A stretch of DNA of 64,000 nt from Paraspadella gotoi (taxonomy: Eukaryota > Animalia > Chaetognatha): NCBI GenBank assembly GCA_051294375.1, contig CM119267.1:25807293-25871292 (forward strand). The letters are read 5' to 3'. Below are positions 35,447-46,400 of this stretch, one piece after another. The translations under genes were made by a program, and so were the position numbers. Positions within the stretch are counted from its first letter, which is position 1; every line of letters begins with the position of its first letter. The notes under the pieces were generated by a model that was not told the origin of the DNA, searched no databases, and saw nothing but the letters and a program-made list of their open reading frames with translations.

Positions 35447-37395
35447 ATGGAGTCGCCGCCCTTAATCTCCTCTTCTTCCTCCTTTTTAGCCTTCGATAAC
35501 TTGACCTCGGTTCTGGTTGCATCTCTGAGCGTCCTTGTCGTCACCGTTCTTCTCGTTTGGATTCTTGACAAATTTAAGGTTCATTATACTTTTTTTTTTG
35601 GCTTTATATCGTAATTCGGAAAGATCACGTTTGCCTTTTTTTTTAAGGAAAGAACAGTTTTACCCAACCCAGTCTTGACAAGAGGCATACAAATTGGTCA
35701 CTATTGGTCCGTCGTAACTCCCATCACGGGTGATTTTAGTTCGAATTGAATACATTAATCTTGCAATTTTCTTAATTTAAAATGACTTCACTTCAATTTT
35801 GGCAGGCCATCCCGCGTACTGCAACGTGTGCGCGGAAGGGCCACTACTCAGCTCCGGCGCCAGATGTGACGCCTGTGGCATCTGGACGGACGAGGTCTGC
35901 ATCTCAGCTGCCGATAAAAAAATCGGGTGCAAGGAGTTGACCAAGGAACATCTCCCAGTCAAGATAAGCTCCTACGATTGGCTGGCCGGGCGGCAGCTCA
36001 CTCCCGCGGAGAAGGAAGAGGAGACGACGCTGGCCGAGGCGAAGCTTACGCACAACTGGAAACGAGGAAACTTGCCGCTCACGGGTCTGTGTGTGTATGT
36101 GAGAAAGATATATTGATATTTTTAGTAGTAATAGTTATTTTTATCGATTTTGCTGTGATTTTGCACATAAGTGGCGTCGTAGTTGTTGTCGTCGTCGGCG
36201 TTCCAAATTATAGATTGCCTTTTTTTTTTATTAAATTTGGGTGTTTGAAGCAGAAAATTTATATACAGCTTCTCATCATCGATGTGCTTAAAATTGAGTC
36301 AGGACAGTTATTAAATATGTTTTTTTTACATTTTATCAAAACAAACAAATTTTCTTTCTTTTATTTTTATATTTCTTTCTCTCTCTCTTTTCTCTTTTAA
36401 TTATATGTCTCTCTCCCTCTCTCTTTTCCCTAATTACTGATTACTGGGAAAAAAACGAGTCTGCAGCTGGCTCTGCAGGGGCTCTCTCTTTTTTTCTTTT
36501 TTCTCCTGCTGCTTCTGATGCTGCCTTTTGATTTTTCTTTTTATCGTCGCAATCGCTAAGCATTTGCGACGATATTGTAACACTTTTTTTAACGCGTTGT
36601 CGTCGTCGGTGGCGTTCCAAATTATAGATTGCCTTTTTTATGATTAAATTTGGGTTTATGAAGCTGAAAATTTATATACAGCTTCTCATCATCGATGTGC
36701 TTAAAATTGAGTCTGGACAGTTATTAAATATTATTTGTTTACGTTTTATCAAAACAAACAAATTTTCTCTTTTATTTTCATATTTCTCTCTCTCTCTCTT
36801 TTTCTTTTAATTACATGTCTCTCTCCCTCTCTCTTTTCCCTATTCACTGATTCATAATCATAGGGGGAAAAAACGAGTCTGCAGCTGGCTCTGCAGGGGT
36901 TTATTCTTTTTCTCTATTTTCTCCTGCTGCTTTTGCTGCTGCCTTTTGAGTCTGCAGCTGGCTCTGCAGGGGCTCTCTCTTTTTCTCTCTTTTCTCCTGC
37001 TGCTTCTGCCGCTGCCATTTGATTTCTTTCTTTTCTCTCTCTCTCTCTGTTTTTTTATTAAAAAAAAAATTGAATTGGGATTGAACTCGTAAAATTAGGC
37101 ATCGCATTCGTGCATGTTATCATTTTGCTATAGTAACATCGGGTTTTTATTTCACTTTACTCTTTACTTTACTTCGTCAGCCTGATTCAAGTTTCACTTT
37201 GTCTTTTGTCTGGGAATGCTGACAGTGTTTAGAGAGGTCGCATTCGATCAAACTTTGTGAGCCGGTAGGAAAGTGAGTGAAGAAGCAAGATATAAAGTTT
37301 TGACGGAATGCAAGTTGAAAAAATTATGCAAGTTGAAAAAATGATGCAAGTTAAAAATATCTTAAAAGCATAAGGATCGTCGCAATTGCATAAAA

Positions 37396-37427
<32 letters not shown>

Positions 37428-40400
37428 TGAGAGAGAGAGAGAAGGAGACATAAAATAAAATAGAGGATATTTGTTTGTTTTGATAAAATGTAAACAAAAC
37501 ATTTAATAACTGTCCTGACTCAATTTTAAGGACATCGATGATGACAAGCTGAATATAAATTATAATTAATTATTAAAATTAATTAATTAATCAATTAATT
37601 AATTATCGTAGGCAGATCCGACATTGTTTGCTCAAACTTGTTTTTTTCTCAGGGGCTGCATCTGCTGATAAGTTGATTTTTTGAAAATGAATTTTTTTTC
37701 TTTTTTTTTTCAGAAACTGTAACTTTAATTTTCCTCGATACTTTATTATTTTTTTTAATTGACAATCACAAAAAAAGAATTTTTCTTTCTGTTTATAAAT
37801 TAATTTTCTTTTCTCAAATTTTTTTTTCTCAGGGACTGCGTCTGCTGATCAGTTTATTTGACAATGAAAATTGACAATGACAAAAGAAAAACTTTTGTTT
37901 TTTTTTTTTCAGAAACTTTAATTTTCCTCGGTACTTTAATATTTTTTTTAATTTACAATCGCAAAATATAATTTTTCTTTGTTTATAAATTAATTTTCTT
38001 TTCTCAAATTTTATTTTTTTAGTATCAAAATTTGTCAATCCAGATTTTTCTTATATACTGATAAGTATGTCTATTCAGCGCGGTGCTCGATCTGTCACGA
38101 AGCTTGCGGCCAAGATCCCGGTCTGTGCGACTGGCGTTGCGTGTGGTGCGCACGCACTGTGCACGACGATTGCGTTGCCCAAGTGAGTCTGGATTTCGTT
38201 GCTGACGTCATCCATTTTCAAGATTGAATTCTTTCTCCATCGAGGTCAGCGAATTTTGCGATTTGGGTCCGCTGAGTCATTACATCATCCCACCGTTCCT
38301 TATCTGTCTTCGGCAGTTGGGAATGCGATCTTATCGAAAAACAGGTTATTCTTTTTTCTTTTCTTTTTAAATTGATTTTTAGTTTAGTTGTGTGGTTTTG
38401 CTTTTGTATAAATTTTGTTTCTTTGCTGATTCTTGGCTGTGGCTGGCTGGTGCGGAGTCGCTGGCTCTCTAAGAGGAACGGGAGATAAATGAGACTTGAA
38501 TAAGTCTGCCAAAATAAATGTGTAATCAAGAAAGGAGCTAACTGCTCCCCAAGTGACTCGAGACTCAAGTGAATCTCTCTCTCTGCCTTGGTGACAACTG
38601 AAACTCGATGAAGAGGAGGGGAAAGGGGATGAAAAAGAGGTGGAAGAGGAAGAAGCTCCGTGGCTCGCGCTCGTGAGAAGAGGAAAAACTGGAACTAAAG
38701 AAAATAACTACTCTTCCCTCTCTGCTTGGATTTCCCAACAATTTTTCCTCTCACTGCATTTACTCCTTCTTTTTAATTTTTTCCCCACCCAATTTCCAAC
38801 TCGATTTCACTCAAATTCGATTCAACTTCATCTTTCCTTTGCAGTCATTACAAAATCCCCGTCGGCTGGGAGGAATCTCTCATCCCTCACTGCCTCCTCC
38901 TCTTCATCCTCTCACGATCCCTCCTCCCGCCCTCAACGCCTTTCTTGGCGCCCTCTCATCGTCATCGCCAACCGGAAGTCGGGCGGAAGCGACGCCGACG
39001 CCATCTTGTCTCAGTTTCGCGAGGTGTTGAACCCTGTACAAGTGGTGGACCTCGCGACGCTGAGTCCTCTAGACGGGCTAAGGTGGTGCCTTCTCTTTCC
39101 CGACGTCAGATTTAGAATTTTGATCTGCGGTGGGGACGGGACGATCGGATGGGTCCTTCGCTCCGCGGACTCGATGGATTTTCCGACCCCGCCTGACTTC
39201 GCCGTCCTTCCCCTCGGCACCGGAAACGACCTTTCGCGGGTGCTGGGGTGGGGAGCCGGATTCACGGCCGCCGAACTCAGCGTTCGAGAGTTTTTGGAGG
39301 GTGAGACGAGGAATGGCTTGTGAAGGGCTTGTCAAGTATAAACCAGTCGGGCATTCGCCCTGCATATAAGCATTAAGGCGGAACAAAGTAAAAACTAAGA
39401 GTTCTGTAATATAAATAGCGTCAGAGCATCCCTGTGGGATAACGAAATTACAAAAAAATTATAGATTTTATGTATAGTTAATAACCTCCTTGTATTTTGA
39501 TGCTTGTGCGGAGTACAATAAGTATTCCCCGATCTAATACTTAAGGGAGTGGTCTTTTCATACAATTGAAACATTCTTTGAAATATTTTCCACTTCATTG
39601 ATAGGGAAGCCAGGTACTCTGGGAGTGAATAAACGGGACTGTGAGAGTCTTGATTGAAAGCTTGCAGGGACCTGCTATGTAATTATCTTGTAAGAGTGAT
39701 GGAGGCCTTAAACCACCAAAGCCTGTCCAAAGTCAGGGGCAAGATAGCTTATTTATTAAATGAATGGATAATTTTTATATTGGTTGTACCAATTTCATAG
39801 AAGCTTTTAAAGCTTATCGTATTACTATATATATTTTTAAAAACGGATTCAGGTAGAGCTTGAAAAAATAAATAAAAAATATTAATACAAGATTTCTAAA
39901 TTTTTATGTTTTATTGGTTGAAATTAGAAAAAAATATAAAAATTATGGTACTGCAGTCTTTTGTTCTCTCTCTCTCTCTCTTCTTCTCTTCTCTCTCTCT
40001 CTCTCTCCTTCTCTTCTCTTCATTGTTGATCCTCGACGCTCAACGGACTCATGGCTACGTCCAATTCTTCCGAACACGCAACCGATCTGGAATTCGACGC
40101 GAATGTCGGCCACATCGTCTCTCTACCGGACTGGGACGAAGAGACGCCCATCGCTTGGATACAGCGATGCGAGGCGATTTTTGCGATTCGGCGCATTTCC
40201 ACTTCAGTTACGAAATACTTTCATCTTATCGCCAAGTTGACGTCACGCCAGATAACTCGCCTCGGCCCCGTCGCGCTCGAACGCCCGTCCGAACGACCTT
40301 CCGAACGACCTTACGAGCAGCTCGTCACGGAGATCCGACGCCGTTACACGCCGGAAAAGCATCGAGTCGCCTCGTCCTTCCTTTACGGCGGCGATAACGG

Positions 40401-43400
40401 TGAAAACGCCGACGATTATGCCGCGAAAATCAAGTGTGATATTGCCTCACTTTCACTCGATGAAGAGGCGACAGCCGAAAGATCAAGGAACCGCCGGTGC
40501 CGCATCAAAAGCGCTGATGCCGCCTAAAAGGGATTTTGCCGCCGATGGCCCGGACGATCGCGGTTTTTGCCGTTATCACGCGGAATTCGGCGCCCGCGCT
40601 CGTAGTTGTCGCCAACCATGCTCTTGGGCGTCGGGAAACGCCTCAGCCGCCCGCCCGCAGTGAACATGGCAATGGCACGCCTCTTCTCTCTGTTCACGAC
40701 TACGACTCTGGACTCTAATTCCTCGGGGATACGGGCGCGGAAGTAAGCCTTCTGCCCCCCTCGCCTTACGACCGGCGTTGGAACGCCGCGTCGTCCCCAT
40801 CCCTCAATGCCGCCGATGGATGGCGGATCCGTTCTTACGACTATGACTCTGCGGCTCACATCCAAACGCCTTACTGGACGTTTCATCGTTGCAGACGTCG
40901 TCCAATGCTCCTAGCTCCTGGAACGTCTCAACCTCCTCGCGGTACCAGCGAGAACATCCTTTGGGATGGCAAAAGAGACGGGAGGCCCGAAAAACAAGGA
41001 AAAGATTAAGCCGAAAGGTAGACTCCCGATCCGTTTTTATGCCACCCATGTCACCTCCTAAAACAACACACTGGCTACAGCCTCTTAAGGCTGCGTCGCG
41101 TGATTTAAATAAGGACGAGGAACGAAGAAGACTGATGGAAGTGAGGGCGGTCCTGGTGACAATCCATCCAAACCCAGGGCCAAAGGAGGTTATCAGAGAA
41201 TGGGATGTTATTCTACTGAGCGAAATTTGGGCGGAAAAAGATGGTGTCATTTGGATGGGACAGGAGGAGGAAGCAGCAGTCATCATACATTCAACAAAGG
41301 CAGGAATCCTCCTGAGAGACGAAGCTTTAAAGAAATGGTGTGAAGAAGGCCAAAAGAAACAAATTTTCAGAAAGATGTGTGTCGGTCAAATTGGGTGAGA
41401 TTACACTGGTGTCCACATACATGCCGGAGAAAAAGCGAGGAAACCTGACAGAAACAGAAGAAACTCGGGAAGCGCTAAAAGAGCATATAGGCTGGGCAAA
41501 AGATGATGAAATATTACTAGAGGGAGGAGACTTTAATGCGCATATAGGGGGGAATGAAAGCAGGAACAGAACCACAGGGGTCTTTGGACTAAGAAGGTCA
41601 AACGAGCAGGGTCGAGATCTGGTAAACTGGTGCGAGGAGAATGGGCTATTTTGGGTCAACAGCTTCTATAAGGAGAAAAACAGAGGAACGTGGTTTTCAA
41701 CTTTGAACGGGAGTTGGTTCGAGTTAGATGGATTCATAATAAAGGCAGACCAACGCCACCATTACGTTAAGAAAAGTAGGACTGTAGGTGATTTGTTCCT
41801 AATTTTTTCACTTTAGCTTATTTTTTATTATTATTTATTAATAAATATAGCTAACAAACTATTAATAAAATATAAAATTTGTAAATAAACTTACCAAAAT
41901 ATTTATATGGGTCTATGGCAACAGCCGGGTTGCCTGTGATGCCCACTGGGATGGGGCATCCCACCGTTGGCCCTGGGGGCCTCCGACCCTCAGTGATGCC
42001 TCCAGTCACTGGCGCGGCCACCCTAGGACGGTCTCGCTTTGCCAACGCAGAGGGAAGTCGTTAGGACTGTGGATGGAACACTACGCCTGGGATGGTGTGT
42101 TCCCCCTCTGAGCCAATGGATTTGGCTGACGGATGGTGGACGTGAGGCGGTGTGAATATACCGCCACAGGTCTTTAATTTCATATTATGTAAGTTAAATA
42201 TAGCTTTTATAAAATCTTAATAATTTGAGTTTCTTATACTCTACAATGTTTGCTCCATTTTAATAGAACCTTATATGCTGCAAAAATCGCCATTTTCGAC
42301 AAAGAAGATGAGACTATACAAAAAAATGGTTATCATCATCGAATTCTCCAGACTTTATTACACTAAAATAGCTATGTACCTCACTTGATTTGTTATATTT
42401 TGTTATTTTTCAACGCCCTACAGAGGAGTTTGTCTGCTATCCATGGCGAGCAGAGTCTTGGCTCGAGTAGTAGCTAGCAGGCTTAAAAAGTTGGCTGAGG
42501 ACATGGGGCTTATGGATGACGATCAGGCAGGTTTTTGAAGTGGTAGATCAATGGCTGATGCTACACAGATGATGATGAGGATGCTTTAGATCTTGAGGGA
42601 AGGAGATTAAAGAATCAAGACACCTTTAATCCATCGGCATGTGGACAATTAAGATTAGCCAGATCTAAATCTTTTGTTTTTATATAATTATATTTCTCCA
42701 CTAGAGATGGCTCAACTATTTTTAGCATTTTGTTTATTAAACGATTACCTGTACTTGTTAACTGAATGATTTCAGTCTTGATGTTTTTTCACCTCATGTT
42801 AATAACATTAAAACAATGTTTCTCTCTCATCATGCTTTTATTTAATTCTCCAAATGTAATGAGTACATTAACTACAATTAAATAATCAAATCAAAACGAA
42901 TAATGTTTCTTGCCACAGGCAAGGTTGCTGGACCTAAGGAAAGCTTATCCAAGAGTCAACAAACCGGCTTTGTGGCGTCCCCTTGGAAGATATGGTCTTG
43001 GTGGTGCATTCTTGAAAGTCTTAATAAACCTCTACGAGACGACAGAATACGCGGTGAGAGGAAAAGGAGCAAGTGAAGCATGGGTCCCACAGAGGGGCCT
43101 GAGAGAAGGGTGCCCTACCTCATGTGACTTATTTAACATCTACCATCAAGCCGTCATGAGGAGAGCTGCAGAGGAGAGAAAAAACAAAGCGGAAGAGAAG
43201 AATCAAGTTTTTGGGATCTAGTACAACTGGGTTCGGGGTAGTTCTATTCAGGGGGATATGTGGGGTAGGAACAATTCGGAATCAGTCACGATAGTAATTG
43301 ACAAGAGCCTCTTTGCGGACGACACAACTTTAGTAGGGGATGAGGAGGAGCTAGAGGTTGGGGTCGAGATTGTGAAAGAAGTCATGGGCAGATATGAAGA

Positions 43401-46400
43401 GAGAAATAATGATGACAAAGAAGAGAGACTCGAGTTTGGGAGAGGGGGTAGTGGAGAAGTAAGAATGATTGGGAGCTGGATGGGTTGGAGAGAAGATATA
43501 AGGAACAGAATAAAGAGAGCGAATAAGACGTGGTGGAATCTGAAAAAGCAGTTAAGTGGCTCTAGCCTATCTAAAAGACTGCAGGCAAGGGTTGTGGAAG
43601 CGTGTGTAGAAAATTCCTTGCTCTTTGACAGCGTAAAGGCAGGAAGAAGGTCGCAACATGCAAGATGTTAGATCCTACTTAAAAATAAAAAGCCCAAGAT
43701 GGAAAATTGAAAAGCGAGTACTTGAGAGGAGAGGCCATGTGATGCGGATGGAAGATGATAGAATGGCAAAAGCTGTGATTCTTGGATGGATGAAGGAATT
43801 GGAAAAATGGGAACTTAAGGGTAGAAGAAACAGGCGCACTAACCATTACTGGAGAAAGCTACTACGAGAAGCTGGGATAGATGTATGCGAAATTGGAGAA
43901 ATAACTAAAGACCGTAAAATCTGGAGAATCCACGTAAAAGAGCGAATGAGTCACTTATGGGAATGGGAGAAAAGTTTAGGACACAAATGGACAGGAGAAA
44001 TTGTAGTTAGGAATGTTGAAAGAAAGTGAGGGACTCATATTGCAACAAGGAATGCAAGTCCAGGGCGGGACTAGCAACGCACAGGAAGCGAATGCACGAA
44101 GTCTCTAGCCATAAAAAGTCTTTGTTGTACTAAGTGCGAGGAATTTTTTCAACAAGAGGCCAACTTGATGAATCATAGCAAAGTGTGTGGTGGTAGAGCC
44201 AAGGAATCGTCAAAAAGGAGATGTATTTGTGGAAAAGAATTTAGCCCTCACTATATCAGTAGGCATAGGAAAACGTGCGAGGAGGCTCAGCACATGTTAA
44301 CTGAGCACGAACATGAGACAGCTAGAGTCTTTAAGAGTGTGAGAGTAAAGTGTGAAATTTGTGGACTCGAGCTCGATAGATCAAATCGAGCTAGGCACAT
44401 GTGACGACAGCACTAAGAGTGAGGCAGTCCCTCGTAGGACGAACGCCTGTCAAGTCAAGTCCAATGCTCCTATGCGAATCATCGCCAATGTCTCAAATGA
44501 GTTTGAGCAACTCCTCCCCGATCGTCCGGCGTGGACCACGCCCACCTTCGACAGCACTACGCCGAAGCACGGCGTTTACAACCATATCGTCACTTCCAGT
44601 CCACCAGTCTTCGCACGCCCGCGCCGCCTTTCTCCCAAAAAGTTAGCTCAAGTGAAAAAGGAATTTGATGCAATGGAGGCGGCGGGGATCGTGCGTCGCT
44701 CCAACAGCTCTTGGGCGTCACCACTCCACGTCGTCCCTAAGCTGGATGGCAGTGTGCGCCCCTGTGGCGACTTCCGTTGTCTCAACTGCGTCTCAGACGA
44801 TGATCGTTATCCAATTCCATGCTTACAAGATTTCACTGCCAACCTTGCGGGTAAGACGATCTTTTTCAAAATTGATCCACCAGATCCCCATCGCACCAGA
44901 AGACATAAAAAAGACTGCCGTCACAACACCTTTTGGGCTTTGGGAGTTTCCGCGCATGCCATTCGGGCTCGTTTTCCCTTCGCTTCAGTACGATGATGAT
45001 TAAGATTTTATAAAGTTTTTCCATTATTTGACCCACTCATCAAAGGTGGAATCTAAACCAAGGAATCGAATCGGATTCTTATCGGAATCAAACCGGATCA
45101 GAGACTCGGATGAAATCAACCAAGAACTCACTGATTGGATGAATCACCTCCGGAATCGACCAATGAGAAGAGGGGCTTCATGCCATCGGGAAGAGAACCC
45201 ATGTCGATGATCCGATGGCTCTGTATAAATACTGACCATTTCTGTATTGATTCAATCTGCCTGTAAACTCTCACACCGTTCTTTGCTTGTGAAATATTTG
45301 TCAATAAATTCCACCCTTGGTTTCATGTTGAAATCTCTGTCTACTTACTTAAATGCACTTATCATCGAAATATTGAAAAACGCATTATACTTTGTGAAAA
45401 GTGTAGACAACTTTTTATGGGCTATCTGAATCCGTTCTTAAAAAATAATTTTTTTACAAAAAAAATTTTTTATTGCCTATGCATAGAGTTTCGTTAACCG
45501 TTAATTTTTCAGGAAATTCGCTTAACCGTTAAAACTAACATTTTTAACGGTTAACCGTTAAAATCGGTTAATTTTCTAATTTAAATTTAAAATACTAATA
45601 TTTAAAACAAACAAAAGTATTTAATGGTAATTTTCTCTTTAACTCAGGCTCCTGAATTTTCTTCATCTTCTATTTCATATAGATGAGGTACACATTATAG
45701 TTAGTAAAATAAAAATTGGTTTGAGCAAACTATCTTGAAATTACCCATGATAATTGAGCTTATCAGCTAATCAAATAATACATCATGATAAATCTTGCTT
45801 ACAAGTTTTTTCTTTTGCCTTAAGCATAATACAAATATTAAAAAAGTCAAAGAAAGAAAAAGCACAATGTAATTCTAATTTTATATTAAGTTTTCTCGTT
45901 CTCTCTTTCTCTCATTTGCTTTCTCTTTTTCTTTCTCTATTTCTCTTCCTCATTATTTTTCTAGTTGTTAGTCTTTCATAAACCATGACCATAATTATAA
46001 ATATAAAATATTAGTTTATTGATTGAATGGTTTATTGATTGAGCTATTGATCAAAAGATTTATTGATTAATAATTTTTTTTTATATTTTTAGTTAGCCTT
46101 AATGTCTTTTTAAAGATTCCTTCCTTCTATTATTAATTCTTAAATTTTTTATAATAATTTTTTTATGAATTTTTTTCATTCATTCAGTTTTATTTCATTT
46201 GCTTTTTTGTTCGTTCTAAAGAGGGAAAGAAAAAGAGAAAAAACGAAGGATTATTTATTTTTTTAATAACAAAATCGAATAAAAAGTTTTTCGTGTAAGA
46301 ATTTAATTTGTAAAAAAATGTATGTATTTGCATATATATTATATTTCAAAATATTCTTTGATGTAAATGCATTGTGTTATGTAATCCTTTCTTTCGTTGT

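Larger units (their letters stand above)
40914..44458 (+). mobile_element. Non-LTR retrotransposon (RTE-like), degenerate, both ends present
   Basis: 14-bp TSD gtccaatgctccta (40900-40913 and 44459-44472); AP endonuclease GDFNAHIG; RT LLDLRKAY, GLREGCPTS, LFADD; C-terminal Cys/His fingers; short gtcaa repeat tail. Confidence 0.88.
40053..44985 (+). mobile_element. Degenerate Ty3/gypsy internal region (gag, protease, RT N-terminus) split by a LINE
   Basis: Gag-like LPDWDEETPIAWIQRCEAIF; knuckle CRYHAEFGARARSCRQPC; protease FLGDTGAEVS at about 40720; RT WASPLHVVPKLDGSVRPCGDFRCLN...YPIP at 44710-44820. Confidence 0.85.

Noticed and set aside
41788-42918. Apparent GT..AG introns inside the LINE ORF
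   Set aside because: The boundaries are better explained as TGT..ACA element termini, one with a ggca TSD; the LINE ORF also has stops and a deletion.
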